64,000 nucleotides of DNA from an uncultured Chloroflexia bacterium (lineage in GTDB: Bacteria > Chloroflexota > Limnocylindria > Limnocylindrales > CSP1-4): the NCBI GenBank assembly GCA_963746845.1, contig CAVVCZ010000005.1, forward strand, positions 448,001 through 512,000, read 5' to 3'. The notes beneath the pieces are model-generated. The model worked only from the letters and a program-made list of their open reading frames with translations, had not been told where the DNA came from and searched no databases. Below are positions 1-11,000 of the stretch, one piece after another. Made by a program: the position numbers and the translations under genes. Positions within the stretch are counted from its first letter, which is position 1. Every line of letters starts with the position of its first letter.

Positions 1-95
1 TGTCGATCATGTTCGCCTTCGCCGCGGATGCACTGCTCGTCCGGATCGAGCGGTTCGTGACCCCATGGGCGCGAGCTCGCGCGGAGACCGCCTGA
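1..95 (+). CDS. 3' end of an ABC transporter permease (partial, osmoprotectant family)
   Basis: Frame 3 reads SIMFAFAADALLVRIERFVTPWARARAETA*, a typical OpuBB/ProW C-terminus; TGA overlaps the next ATG (TGATG at 93-97). Confidence 0.75.
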   Translation, partial: SIMFAFAADALLVRIERFVTPWARARAETA

Positions 96-829
96 TGGAC
101 GTCATCAACTGGTTCCTGGACCCGGCCAACATCTCCGGGCCGACCGGCTACGTCCAGCGCCTCCTCGAGCACGTCGTGCTGTCGGCCGCCGCCCTGCTGA
201 CCGCGACGGTCATCGCCCTCCCGGCCGGGCTCTACATCGGCCACACGCGGCGGTTCGCCAACACCGCGATCAACATCGCGAACATCGGCCGCGCCCTGCC
301 GTCGTATGCCCTCGTCGTGATGATCCTGCCGATCTCGTTGACGCTCAGCCCGGAGTACGGGCTCGATCCGATCCCGACCTTCGTGGCCATGACGCTCCTC
401 GCGATCCCGGCAATCCTGATCGGCGCCTACGCGGGGTTGCGGTCGGTCGATCGCGACCTGCTGGAGGCGGGGCGCGGGATGGGACTCCGGGAGCGCCAGA
501 TCCTGACGAACCTCGAGCTGCCAATCGCCTCGCCGGTGATCGTCGGCGGCTTCCGGACCGCGACCCTCCAGGTCATCGCCACCGCGACGATCGGGGCGAT
601 CGTCTCCGGCGGCGGGCTTGGCAGGTTCATCGTGGACGGGATCCACAACCAGGACTTCACGATGGTGATCGCCGGCGTCATCCTGGTCGCGACGCTGGCG
701 ATCTTCGCGGACATCCTTCTAGCCATCGTCCAACGGCGCCTGACACCGCGCGGGCTTCGCGTGGAGGCCGCGAGCCGGAACGAGCCGCCGGACGTGGCGC
801 CGCCGATGCCGGAGCCGGCCCGCGCCTGA
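95..829 (+). CDS. Osmoprotectant (glycine betaine/choline-type) ABC transporter permease
   Basis: Multiple TM helices, EAA loop EAGRGMG, GGGLGRFI motif; translationally coupled start at 95. Confidence 0.9.
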   Translation: MDVINWFLDPANISGPTGYVQRLLEHVVLSAAALLTATVIALPAGLYIGHTRRFANTAINIANIGRALPSYALVVMILPISLTLSPEYGLDPIPTFVAMTLLAIPAILIGAYAGLRSVDRDLLEAGRGMGLRERQILTNLELPIASPVIVGGFRTATLQVIATATIGAIVSGGGLGRFIVDGIHNQDFTMVIAGVILVATLAIFADILLAIVQRRLTPRGLRVEAASRNEPPDVAPPMPEPARA

Positions 830-938
830 CGGCCGTGATCGGCCCGAACCATTCATGACGGGGATCGGCAACGATGCTGGTACCCTAGCCGCTCTTCGGC
901 GCGTGGGCGCCGAGGTTGGACAGAGGAGGAAGTTACCC

Positions 939-1952
939 ATGCGGTTGAACCGCACGCTCGCCCTTGGGGCGTCCATGCTGGTGCTGCTCGGCGCCTGCTC
1001 GACGGGTGGGGGCAGCACGCCGTCCCCGTCGACCCCGGCCGCGTCGGCGCCAGCCTCGGCTCCGGCATCGGCTCCCGCGGAATCGCCCGCGGCTTCCCCG
1101 TCCGCTGCCGCGGCGCTGACCCCGGCGGACATCAAGATCGGCTCGGATGACTTCTACGAGTCGTCCGTCGTCGCCGAGATGTGGGCCCAGGTGCTCGAGA
1201 AGAACGGCTTCAAGGTCGATCGGCACTTCAATATCGGCGCCCGCCAGGTCCGCCAGCCGGCCCTGGAGCAGGGCCAGATCGACCTGGTCCCTGAGTACGT
1301 CGGCTCCGGCCTCAACTACTACAAGGGCACCGCGACCGGCGACGGTGAGGGGAACCGCACAGCGCTGCAGGCGATCATCACCGGCAAGGGCGGCGGCCTG
1401 ACGCTGTTCAACATCAGCCCCGGCCAGGACCAGAACGCATTCGTCGTCCGCGCCGACACCGCGACCGCCGACAACCTGTCGAAGATCAGCGATCTCCTGC
1501 CGAAGCAGGCGAACTACAAGTGGGGCCTGCCGGCGGACTGCGACACGAACCCGTCGTGCTCCGGCGCGCTGAAGGACGGCTACGGCTTCACCTATCCACC
1601 GGCCAACCGCAAGGCGCTCGACGCCTGCTCCGCGCCGATGGCCCAGGCGCTCCAGGGCAAGGCGATCGACATCGCGGAGCTCTGCTCGACCCAGCCGGCG
1701 ATCGCGCAGTTCGGCTTCAAGCTGCTCGACGACGACAAGAAGACCCAGGGGGCCGAGAACCTCGCCGCCGAGGTCCGGAACGACTACCTGGCCAAGGTCG
1801 GCAATCCAACCGCCTTCCAGGCGCTCATCGACGCCGTCAGCGCCAAGCTGACGACCGAGGAGCTGACGAAGATCGGCGTCTCGATCCAGGTCGATCACAA
1901 GGACATCCCGGCTGTCGCCACGGATTGGCTCAAGGCGAACGGCCTGCTCTAG
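939..1952 (+). CDS. Osmoprotectant ABC transporter substrate-binding lipoprotein (OpuAC/OsmF-like)
   Basis: RBS AGAGGAGGA, lipobox LGAC, Ala/Pro/Ser linker, motifs IKIGSDDFYES and DLVPEYVGS. Confidence 0.9.
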   Translation: MRLNRTLALGASMLVLLGACSTGGGSTPSPSTPAASAPASAPASAPAESPAASPSAAAALTPADIKIGSDDFYESSVVAEMWAQVLEKNGFKVDRHFNIGARQVRQPALEQGQIDLVPEYVGSGLNYYKGTATGDGEGNRTALQAIITGKGGGLTLFNISPGQDQNAFVVRADTATADNLSKISDLLPKQANYKWGLPADCDTNPSCSGALKDGYGFTYPPANRKALDACSAPMAQALQGKAIDIAELCSTQPAIAQFGFKLLDDDKKTQGAENLAAEVRNDYLAKVGNPTAFQALIDAVSAKLTTEELTKIGVSIQVDHKDIPAVATDWLKANGLL

Positions 1953-1971
1953 CACCATCAAGTCACTGATC

Positions 1972-2000
1972 GAAGCCCGCCCGGTCCCCGGGCGGGCTTC
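1972..2000 (+). terminator. GC-rich hairpin after the ABC operon (terminator-like, no U tract)
   Basis: GAAGCCCGCCCGG-TCC-CCGGGCGGGCTTC, perfect 13-bp stem about 20 nt after the stop codon. Confidence 0.65.
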
Positions 2001-2056
2001 GTGCTGTCCCGGCACCGGGATGGTTCGCCAAAGATGTCGCGTTCGGGCCGGCGTCC

Positions 2057-2941
2057 GTGAGACGATCGGGGCCCGGTCGCTCATCCGCGGGCACGCCGGG
2101 GACGAAGAACGATGCATGGGGGACCGCCTTGCGCGCCGAGCTTGATCGATCGACCGCCCGCGACCGACCGCCCGAGGAGGCGGCCGAGGACACCTCGTTC
2201 GCCCGCGGCCTGCGCGTCCTGCTGACGGTCGCCGACCGGGGCGAGATCCGGGCCGACGAGCTGAGCGTGCTCCTCGAGACCCCGGTCTCGACGATCTACC
2301 GCTACCTCCGGACGCTCGCGTCGTTCGGCTTCGTCGATCGATCCGGGGCGGGCTACCGGCTCGGGCCGCGGCTGATCATCGGCAGCGGCGCGAACGTCAC
2401 GGCCGAGGAGCTGATCCGGACGGCCGCGCCGGTCCTCCGCCTGCTGGCCGAAGAGACCGGCGAGACCGCGGTGATCGTGCGTCGGATCGGGCTGGCGGCC
2501 GTCTGCCTCCACGAGATCCCGTCGCACCACGCCCTCCGGGTGACGGTCCCGGCGGAGACCTCGCTGCCGCTCGAGAGCGGTGCCCTCGGCAAGGCCCTGC
2601 TCGCCTTCGCCCCCGACGAGATCCTCGACGAGATCCTCGCCGGGGACACCGGCCGCGACCCGGCCCTGGACCAGGACCGCCTGCGGGCCGAGCTGGCCGA
2701 GGTCGTCACCAGCGGCGTTGCCCGATCGGTCGGTGAGGGCATGTCCGGCGCCGTGGCGATCGCGGTTCCCATATTCCGAGAGGACGGGATCGTCGCGGCG
2801 ATCGGAGTCGTCGGGCCGGAGTCCCGCTGCGGGCTGGCCTGGCGGACACGTGTCGCCCGGTTGCTGCCTGGCGCCGCGAGCTCGGTCGTCGGCGCGCTCG
2901 GACCGGGACTTTCGTCCGAGGACTCCCGCGATCCGGAATAG
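2057..2941 (+). CDS. IclR family transcriptional regulator (true start possibly TTG near 2129)
   Basis: RGLRVLL...STIYRYLRTL HTH, YRLGP, EETGETA, GALGKALLAF effector domain. Confidence 0.9.
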   Translation: MRRSGPGRSSAGTPGTKNDAWGTALRAELDRSTARDRPPEEAAEDTSFARGLRVLLTVADRGEIRADELSVLLETPVSTIYRYLRTLASFGFVDRSGAGYRLGPRLIIGSGANVTAEELIRTAAPVLRLLAEETGETAVIVRRIGLAAVCLHEIPSHHALRVTVPAETSLPLESGALGKALLAFAPDEILDEILAGDTGRDPALDQDRLRAELAEVVTSGVARSVGEGMSGAVAIAVPIFREDGIVAAIGVVGPESRCGLAWRTRVARLLPGAASSVVGALGPGLSSEDSRDPE

Positions 2942-2955
2942 CTCGATCTCAGTAT

Positions 2956-2983
2956 TTGACAATCCGGTGATCGTCTCTATGCT
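2956..2983 (+). promoter_or_regulatory. Sigma70-type promoter, probably leaderless
   Basis: TTGACA (2956-2961), 16 nt, TATGCT (2978-2983); ATG 8 nt downstream and no SD sequence. Confidence 0.7.
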
Positions 2984-2991
2984 CCGCCTCG

Positions 2992-3504
2992 ATGGACGCG
3001 CTGCAGCGCCTCGGGCCGGTCTCGGTCGATTACGCGACCCTGCCGGTCGCCGACGCGTTCAACTGGGCCGACGGGGCGAGCGAGCTCGGCGACGGTGACT
3101 GGTATCTCGTCGCGTTCCGATCCGTCCGCCGACCCGGCGCGGACGAGGAGCGCCTCGCCACGTATGACGAGCTGGCCCACCAGGAGGCCGCGGGCTCGCC
3201 GGGCTTCGTCCACTACCTCAAGGGTCCGGCCGCAACCGACGGCAGCTGCATGTCGTTCTGCCTCTGGCAGAGCCGCGAGGACGCGCGGGCCGCGGCCCGG
3301 CAGCCGGCCCACGTCCAGGCGGTGAGCCTGCTCGACGAGATGTACGCGACATATACGCTCGAGTTCCACCACGTCCGGCGCCTGGCGGGCGGGCCGTTGA
3401 CGTTCGAGCCGTACCGGCCGCCGGCCCTCGTGATCGGCGATCCCGCGGAGCCGGCACCGGCCCAGCCCACGCCCGGCTTCTCGATCCGCCCCGCGATCTC
3501 CTGA
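2992..3504 (+). CDS. Dimeric alpha+beta barrel (ABM-like) protein resembling the UPF0643 family
   Basis: FNW...WYLVAFRS...AHQEA...CLWQSREDA...PAH pattern; own promoter. Confidence 0.55.
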   Translation: MDALQRLGPVSVDYATLPVADAFNWADGASELGDGDWYLVAFRSVRRPGADEERLATYDELAHQEAAGSPGFVHYLKGPAATDGSCMSFCLWQSREDARAAARQPAHVQAVSLLDEMYATYTLEFHHVRRLAGGPLTFEPYRPPALVIGDPAEPAPAQPTPGFSIRPAIS

Positions 3505-3557
3505 ACGCGCCCCGCCGAGCAGCGGCGCTCGCGCCCGGCCTGATCGTCGCGGCCGTC

Positions 3558-4526
3558 GTGGCGGCGGTGGCCCGGTTCGCGACCGGGTTCCTGCCTCCGG
3601 TCATCTCCGAGGTCACCGTCGCGATCCTCATCGGCCTCGCCGTCGGGTGGCTCCCGATCGTGCGGGGTGCCGGTCTCGGACCCGGTCTGGCGTTCGCGGC
3701 GCAGCGCCTCCTCCGGCTCGGGATCGTCCTCCTCGGCGCGCGGCTCAGCATCCAGCAGGTTGTCGGCATCGGGCTGCCGGCCGCGGTCGTGATCGCGGTC
3801 ACGATGGCCGGCGCGCTGATCGTCGTCCTGCTGCTGTCGCGCATCGCCCGGATCGACGCCCGGCTGGCGACGCTCCTCGCGGTCGGGGCGGCGGTCTGCG
3901 GCAACTCGGCGGTCGTGGCGACCTCGCCGGTCATCTCGGCTCGCGCGCGCGACACGGCGTACGCGGTCGCGACGGTGACGCTGTTCGGGACGATCGCCGT
4001 GTTCGCCTATCCGCTGATCGGGCACACGCTGCGCCTGGGCGATGCCGCGTTCGGGCTGTGGTCCGGGATCGCGATCAACGACACGAGCCAGGTCGTCGCC
4101 GCGAGCTCCGCCTACTCGGCCGGAGCGTTCGAGGTCGCGACGGTCGTGAAGCTGATCCGGAACGCCCTGATGGCCCCACTGATCCTCGGGATCGCGTGGG
4201 TCTGGAGCCGCCGGACGGGCGAGGCCGGGGACACGCGGGTCGGTCTGCGACGCGCGATCCCGCTGTTCGTGTTCGGGTTCCTCGGGATGGCCGCCCTGAC
4301 GAGTATCGGCGTGATCGGACCGCAGGCGGCCCTCACGTTCGAGACGGTGGCGCGGATGCTGATCCTCGTCGCGCTCGCGGCGGTGGGCCTGAGCGTGCGG
4401 GTCGACGACCTCCGCTCGATGGGATCGCGGCCACTCCTCGTGGGTCTCGGCGCCGCGCTGATCATCGGGATCTCGACGCTCATCGCGATCCAGACGCTGA
4501 GGTTGGCCGCCGGCCTGACCGTCTGA
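3558..4526 (+). CDS. YeiH/PSE family putative sulfate exporter (start may be near 3501)
   Basis: LLRLGIVLLG, GAAVCGNSA, INDTSQV, VKLIRN motifs; about 10 TM helices. Confidence 0.9.
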   Translation: MAAVARFATGFLPPVISEVTVAILIGLAVGWLPIVRGAGLGPGLAFAAQRLLRLGIVLLGARLSIQQVVGIGLPAAVVIAVTMAGALIVVLLLSRIARIDARLATLLAVGAAVCGNSAVVATSPVISARARDTAYAVATVTLFGTIAVFAYPLIGHTLRLGDAAFGLWSGIAINDTSQVVAASSAYSAGAFEVATVVKLIRNALMAPLILGIAWVWSRRTGEAGDTRVGLRRAIPLFVFGFLGMAALTSIGVIGPQAALTFETVARMLILVALAAVGLSVRVDDLRSMGSRPLLVGLGAALIIGISTLIAIQTLRLAAGLTV

Positions 4527-4527
4527 T

Positions 4528-5538
4528 TCAGCGGGGCTGGATCGCCTCCGCCGAGCCCGGCGCGGACGAAGGCGCGGTCACTGGCGTCTGTTGCCAGCCC
4601 AGCCGGATCAACGAGATCCCGCCGCCGACCGATGTCACGACGAGGATCGACACGTGGACGATCAGGGCGAGGGCGAACGCCTCGTCCCGTGGGATGCCGA
4701 TCGTCGCGCCGACGGCGACGGCGGCGAACTCGAACGTGCCGAGGTTCGCCGGGCCGGCCGGGACGGCGGCCGCGAGGGCAACGCCCGACGCGATCAGGGC
4801 CGCCTGGCCGATCGACAGCTGGATGCCGATGGCCTGCCCGGCGGCCGCGGCGGCGAGGATGGAGCACGACCACGAGAGCGAGCTGCAGGCGAACGCCTCA
4901 ACGAGGGTCCGCGGCCGGCCGGCGACGGCGAGCCCGTCCTGGAGCCGCCGGGCGAGCTCCTGGATCTTCGGCCAGCGCGCGGCGAGTGCCCGGAGGCGAT
5001 CGGCACCCGGCAGGCGGTGGGCCATGAGGCCGATCGCGAGGACGATCACGAAGAGGCCCGCCACGGCGAGACCCACGAGCACCATGCTCGAGAGGACGCC
5101 GCGGACGTTGAGGACGAGCAGGGAGACCGACGCGATCCCGACCACGGCAACGAGGTCGACGAACCGCTCCACGACGACGGTGCCGAGGGCGGATGTCCGG
5201 CTGATCCCCTCGCGATCTCCGAGGTAATGGCTCCGGACCAGCTCGCCCAGCCGGGCCGGCAGGACGTTGTTCATCAGGTAGCCGATGAGCAGGTATCCGA
5301 GCATGTGGAGGTACTTGACGGCTTTGATCGGCCGGACCAGACGCTGCCAGCGGAGGCCGCGGATCGCGAGGTCCAGGCAAAGGAACACCACGGTCACGAC
5401 GATCCAGCGCGGATCGGCCGAGCGCAGGACCTCGCCGACCTGCTTGAGGTCGACGCCGTACAGCACGAGGCCCAGGGCGACGAGGGAGATGATCCCGCCG
5501 AGCAGGGCCCTCGGCGCCGGACCGCGCAGCATGGTCAA
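4528..5538 (-). CDS. Lysylphosphatidylglycerol synthase TM domain / flippase-like protein (UPF0104)
   Basis: [40 protein letters not shown] motifs. Confidence 0.85.
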   Translation of the reverse strand: MTMLRGPAPRALLGGIISLVALGLVLYGVDLKQVGEVLRSADPRWIVVTVVFLCLDLAIRGLRWQRLVRPIKAVKYLHMLGYLLIGYLMNNVLPARLGELVRSHYLGDREGISRTSALGTVVVERFVDLVAVVGIASVSLLVLNVRGVLSSMVLVGLAVAGLFVIVLAIGLMAHRLPGADRLRALAARWPKIQELARRLQDGLAVAGRPRTLVEAFACSSLSWSCSILAAAAAGQAIGIQLSIGQAALIASGVALAAAVPAGPANLGTFEFAAVAVGATIGIPRDEAFALALIVHVSILVVTSVGGGISLIRLGWQQTPVTAPSSAPGSAEAIQPR

Positions 5539-5557
5539 GCTCGGAGACCTGCCGCGT

Positions 5558-6376
5558 TCATGCCGCGGGCCGCGGCGGCTCGGGGGTCCGGGCCGTCAGC
5601 TTCGGGGAGCGTCGGACTCCGACCCGATGCAGGGCGTAGCGCAGCACGACCCGCAGGGTCGAGGCGCCGTAGACGACGCTCCGCTTGAACCCGACCGAGC
5701 TGGCTTCTTCGAAATAGCGCGTCGGGACCGCGATCTCGCCGATCCGGCGGCCCATCCCGGCCGCGACGACCTGGGCGATCAGCTCCTGGTCGAAGACGAA
5801 GTCGTTGCTGTTGAGCTGGTACGGGATCGTCTCGAGCAGCCGCCGGCTGTAGGCCCGGAGACCCGTGTGGTACTCGGACAGGTGCAGCCCGAACGCGATG
5901 TTCTCGACGGTCGTCAGGAACCGGTTGGCGATGAACTTCCACTTCGGCATGCCACCGGCCAGCGGGTCGCCGAGGAACCGGCTGCCGAGCATCAGGTGCT
6001 TCTCGCCGGACAGGATCGGGGCGATCAGGTCGGGGATCCGGGTCGCGTCGTACTGGTAGTCGGGGTGGAGCATCACGACGACGTCCGCGCCCTGCTCGAG
6101 CGCAGCGCGGTAGCACGTCTTCTGGTTGCCGCCGTAGCCCAGGTTCTGCTGGTGGATGATCACGTCGAGCCCGAGCTGACGGGCGACGTCGACGGTCTCG
6201 TCCTTCGACACGTCGTCGACGAGGATGATCCGACTCACGATGTCGTGGGGGATGTCGGCGTAGGTCCGCTCGAGGGTCTTCGCCGCGTTGTACGCGGGCA
6301 TGACCACGACGACCCGCGGGTGCGTGTCCGGGAGAGCGGATCCGGCGCCGCTCGCGGCGTCGATGGGGCGGTCCAC
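5558..6376 (-). CDS. Glycosyltransferase family 2 (polyprenol-phosphate glycosyltransferase, DPM1-like)
   Basis: [36 protein letters not shown]; GTG start chosen 8 nt after TAGGCT -10 box. Confidence 0.9.
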   Translation of the reverse strand: MDRPIDAASGAGSALPDTHPRVVVVMPAYNAAKTLERTYADIPHDIVSRIILVDDVSKDETVDVARQLGLDVIIHQQNLGYGGNQKTCYRAALEQGADVVVMLHPDYQYDATRIPDLIAPILSGEKHLMLGSRFLGDPLAGGMPKWKFIANRFLTTVENIAFGLHLSEYHTGLRAYSRRLLETIPYQLNSNDFVFDQELIAQVVAAGMGRRIGEIAVPTRYFEEASSVGFKRSVVYGASTLRVVLRYALHRVGVRRSPKLTARTPEPPRPAA

Positions 6377-6538
6377 GAGTTCGAAGCCTACTCGATCGGT
6401 CGACCGTTCAGGCCGATCGGGCATCGTTCGATCGTCCCACGCGCCCGGCGGATGGTCCGGGCCCCGTCATCGGTTCGACACCGGTTTCCGAGCGGCCTGT
6501 GGCACGATGACGCCCGAAGCCCAACTCGGAGAACCCGC

Positions 6539-7141
6539 ATGTTCGAACGCCTCTTCGGCGGCCGGGAGATGGATCCCGCGCTCGCCGAGCGCATCCCGCC
6601 AGGCCAGTACAAGACCGACAAGTTCCCGGTCCTCCATTACGGGTCGGTTCCGCGGACCGACCTCGCCACGTGGGACTTCAAGGTCTACGGCGAGGTCGAC
6701 AACCCGTTCACGCTCACGTGGGACCAGTTCAAGGCGCTCCCGCGCAAGCGCGTCCACACGGACATCCACTGCGTGACCCGCTGGACGAAGCTGGACACCG
6801 ACTGGGAGGGCGTGGCGATCCAGGAGATCCTCAAGCTCGCCCAGGTCCGGCCGAGCGCGACCCACGTCGTGTCGCATGCGGAGCAGGGCTACACCGCGAA
6901 CGTCCCGCTGTCCGTGCTCGACGACGACGATGTCCTGCTCGCCGACACGTTCGACGGCAAGCCGCTCGAGCTCGAGCACGGCTACCCGCTCCGGCTGTTC
7001 GTCCCGAAGCGCTATTTCTGGAAGAGCAGCAAGTGGGTCCGGGGCCTGGAGTTCCTCGACCACGACCAGCTCGGCTTCTGGGAGCGATACGGCTACAACA
7101 ATGATGCGGATCCGTGGAAAGAGGAGCGGTTCTCCGAGTAA
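6539..7141 (+). CDS. Sulfite oxidase-like molybdopterin oxidoreductase (YuiH-like)
   Basis: [15 protein letters not shown] (Mo-ligand Cys), [24 protein letters not shown]. Confidence 0.9.
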   Translation: MFERLFGGREMDPALAERIPPGQYKTDKFPVLHYGSVPRTDLATWDFKVYGEVDNPFTLTWDQFKALPRKRVHTDIHCVTRWTKLDTDWEGVAIQEILKLAQVRPSATHVVSHAEQGYTANVPLSVLDDDDVLLADTFDGKPLELEHGYPLRLFVPKRYFWKSSKWVRGLEFLDHDQLGFWERYGYNNDADPWKEERFSE

Positions 7142-7230
7142 CCGAGGCGGGACTTCCGGCTGCCGCGCATGGCCGTCCATCCGCGACGAACGCAGTCGGG
7201 GACGGGATTCGGGGTGTTGCGTCGCCGCGC

Positions 7231-8076
7231 TCAACCCTTCGGGGCGACGTCCTCGAGAAAGGACTCGACGAGCGGCAGGACGGTGTCTCTGGCCACGAAC
7301 GCGCCGATGTGATCGAGATCGTCCAGGTGGTGGAACGGGACGCCGAGCGCCGCAGCCGTGCGGGCGACCAGCGCCGGATCGTCGTGCTCGCCGCCGTACA
7401 CGAGCGCCGGCTGGCCGATCCGGTCCAGGCGGATCGACCGCCCGAAGCCCGACATCCGTCCGCCGAGGTTGACCGCCCCGAGCGCCCGCGGATCGAGGCA
7501 CTCGGCGGCGAACAGGACGTCCTCCCGCGGACCGGGCATCACCCCCCACAGCGCCGACCAGTCGCCGTGCCACAGGCGGTCCGCCCAGTCCCCCGTCCGC
7601 AGCGGATCCGGCGGCGACAGCAGGTCCTCGCCGCCCAGCACGAGCGCGGAGACGCGGTCCGGGTAGTCGATCGCCGCGACCGCGGCCAGGCTCGACCCCC
7701 GCGAGTAGCCCCAGATCGGCGCCCGGTCGACGCCGGCCGCATCCAGCACGGCGATCACGTCGCGCGCGACGTGCGGCCAGAGGTAGTCCTCGCGCTCGTG
7801 GGGACGATCGCTGAGCCCGTGCCCGAGCGGGTCGACGACGATCACCCGACGGGTCGCCGCCAGGGCCTGGGTGTAGCCCATCTCGCGCCAATCGGCCGCG
7901 AGCATCGTGTACCCGGGCACGAGGACGATCGGCGGACCGCTGCCGTGATCCTCGTAGCTGATCCGGAAGCCGCGCGACCGGGCCGACCCGAGCGTGATGT
8001 CGGCCGGATCGTTGCCGGCGGGCGTGCGCCACGACGGCCATCCCCAATTCGCGGAGACGAGCGTCGACGTGCTCAT
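7231..8076 (-). CDS. Alpha/beta fold hydrolase
   Basis: DPLGHGLSD, nucleophile elbow GYSRG, C-terminal Asp/His. Confidence 0.85.
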   Translation of the reverse strand: MSTSTLVSANWGWPSWRTPAGNDPADITLGSARSRGFRISYEDHGSGPPIVLVPGYTMLAADWREMGYTQALAATRRVIVVDPLGHGLSDRPHEREDYLWPHVARDVIAVLDAAGVDRAPIWGYSRGSSLAAVAAIDYPDRVSALVLGGEDLLSPPDPLRTGDWADRLWHGDWSALWGVMPGPREDVLFAAECLDPRALGAVNLGGRMSGFGRSIRLDRIGQPALVYGGEHDDPALVARTAAALGVPFHHLDDLDHIGAFVARDTVLPLVESFLEDVAPKG

Positions 8077-8089
8077 GACCCCCTCTCGT

Positions 8090-11000
8090 TCAGTGCAGGA
8101 CCGCGATCGCGTCCAGATCGATCCGCGGTCTGCCGGCGGTGCCGTCGACGATCAGCTTGATCGTGTGCGTGTGGCTCGACGACCAAACCGTCTGCCAGGC
8201 GATGCCCTGGTACATCGTCGGCGACGTGAGCATATCCACTCGCGTGACGTACGTTCCATCGAGATAGACGCGGACGGTCCCGCGCGTCGTCGCAAGCGTG
8301 GAGATCAGGCCGATCCCGCGGCCGGTGAACGTGTACGAGGCGGAGCTGCTCGTGGCGGACGAGGCCAGAACGGACCCGCCCGAGTAGAGCGATGACGTGG
8401 CGGCGGTCCACGACCCGGCGTAGTGGATCGCCGTCGAGGTCTGCTGGACCAGGCCCCCGGTCACGGTCGGGCCCGATACCCACGTCCCGGCGTTCCCGGA
8501 CGCGTCGATCGCCCGGACCCGGAGCTGGATCGACACGCCGGACGAGAGGCCCATCGCCATCGACGGCGTCGTCAGGCTCGTCGAGAGCTTCTTCCACGGC
8601 CCGCTGTCGATCTTCCGCTGGAGCTCGTACCTGACGATCCCGCTGCCGACATCGGCACCGCTCCACGACGCCAGGACCGGAATCGTGCTGCCGGACATCG
8701 CCATGTGCAGGCGCGGCCGGACGGTCGGAACGCTCGTCGTCGGCAGGCCGTGGTCGACGAAGACGGATCCGGCCGCGACGACCCCGACGGGTGAGACGTT
8801 CCCCGCGAGATCGAGGACCGACGACGCCTTCAGGTTGAGCAGCACGGTCCCGGTCCCGCAGCCGCTCGCCCCGACCGACCAGGTCGTCGCGGTGGTCTGG
8901 ATCGGAGTCGCGATCTTGCAGCCGGTTGCCGTGCCCGACCGGGTCAGGTCGCCCGCCGAGAACCCGCTGATCGCCTCGTCGAAGGTCACCGTCCAGGCCG
9001 GCGTCGTCGCGTGGGTCGGGGACGGCGGACCGGTGAGCGTCGCCGCTGCGGGCGTCCGGTCGATCGTGACGAAGCTCGACGCCGCCGGCGCGGACGGGCC
9101 GTCGTTCGACGACCGATCGACGACCGACCCCGGCCCCAGGGTCAGCCCGACCGTCCCCTCGCCGCAGCCGCTGATCTGGACGGACCACGTCACGTGGTCG
9201 GGGAGCACGGCGGGCGTCCCGATCCCGCAGCCCGCGGCGGTGCCGCCCAGGGTCAGGTCGCCCGCGGTCAGGCCGGTGACCGGCTCGCTGAAGATCACGT
9301 TGGCCGTCAGCGTCGCGGCCTTCGTCGGGCTGTGGGGCATCGCGATGGCGGCGCCCGGGGGCGTACGGTCGATGTGGACGGTCGGCCCGACCGCGGCCGA
9401 GGCCGGACCCGTCGAGGTCCCATCGCTCACGGTGGCCGGCTTGAGGGTCAGGATGACCGTCCCGTCCGTGGGTCCGCCGGACGCGAGATTGACGGCGTAC
9501 GGTCCGCTCCCCGAGCCGGACACGCCCGTCACGCCCCACCCGTCGGATGTCCCCGTGACGGTGAAGTCGTCCGTGGCGAGACCCGTGATGCTGTGGCTGA
9601 ACCAGACGGTCTCGTCGAAGGTCGACCCCACGCCGACGCCGGACGGCCCGGTCACCAGGGCGGTCGGCGGCGCCGTCGGGGCGCACCGGGCGGCGGTCAA
9701 CGCCCCGATGTTGAGCCGGCGACCCGTCGATGTCACGCCGGCGAGCCCCGCCGTTGCCGTCGCGGTCGTCAGCACGTCGGAGCGGAGGAGGTTGGCCGGC
9801 CGGCCGTACTCGCACGATGCCGCGAGGGCGATCGCGCCCGTCACGTGCGGCGCGGCCATCGAGGTCCCGTCGGCGATCGCGTAGGCCGACGGGGGGAACG
9901 TCGACACGATTCCCGCGCCCGGGGCTCCGAGGTCGACGCTCGTCGCCCCGTAGTTGGAGAAATCGGCGAGGGCGCCGGTCTTGCCGATCGCGGCCACCGA
10001 CACGATGCAGTCCCAGCCGCGCGCGGCACCATTCGGGTAGTGCTTGTCGCACTTGTTCGCGGCCGGGTAGAACGGGTTGGCCCCGTCGTCGTTGACGTGG
10101 TCGTTGCCGGCGGCGGCGACGAACAGGATGTTCTGGTCGCCGCCGCGGTTGATCGCGTCGACCAGCGCCTGGCTGAAGGCGCCGCCGCCCCAGCTGTTGT
10201 TCGTCGCCACGATGTCCAGCCCGTGACGGACCTTCAGATCCGTGAGGTAGTCGAGGGCGCGGATGGCGTTCGCCGTGTCCCCCGTGTCCTCGAGGAACTT
10301 CGCGCTGATCATGCTGACGGACCAATTGACCCCGACGACGCCGATGCCGTTGCCGCCGACCCCGCCGATCGTCCCGGCAACGTGGGTCCCGTGGCCGTCG
10401 TTGGCCGCGCCATCGTCGACGGTGTTGTCGTTGTGCAGGAAGTCCCAACCGTGGACGTCGTCGACGTAACCGTTGCCATCGTCGTCGATCCCGTTCACCG
10501 GGTCCCACGGGTTCGTCCAGATATTCGCCGCGAGATCCGGATGGTCGATCTGGATGCCCTCATCGACGATGCCGACCACGACAGTCGGGCTGCCCGTGAC
10601 GTCGGCGGCCCACGAGTCGACGGCGCCGGTCCCGAACGGGCTGGCGGGTCCGGCCAGCATCGCCCACAGGTTGTTCGGAGGCGGGGCGAGGAGGAACGGA
10701 TCGTCTGAGGTCGCATCCGTCGAGACGAGGTAGTCGGGCTCGGCGAACCGGACATCCGGGTCGGCCTCGAGGGCGGCGATCGCCGCGTCGACCGACGTCC
10801 CGGCGGGCAGCGTCAGCTTCTCCGAGGAGCCCGAGAGGGGCGACAGCCGATGCGCCGACGTGGCATTGACGGATCGCCGGGCCATGACCTGCCCGGAGGT
10901 CGACGTCCCGAGCCGGTACCCGACGAGGACGACGCCGGGGACGCGCGGCAGGTTCGGGTGGGGCCGCGCCGTGACTCGCGGGAGAGACGGGGTCCGGCCG

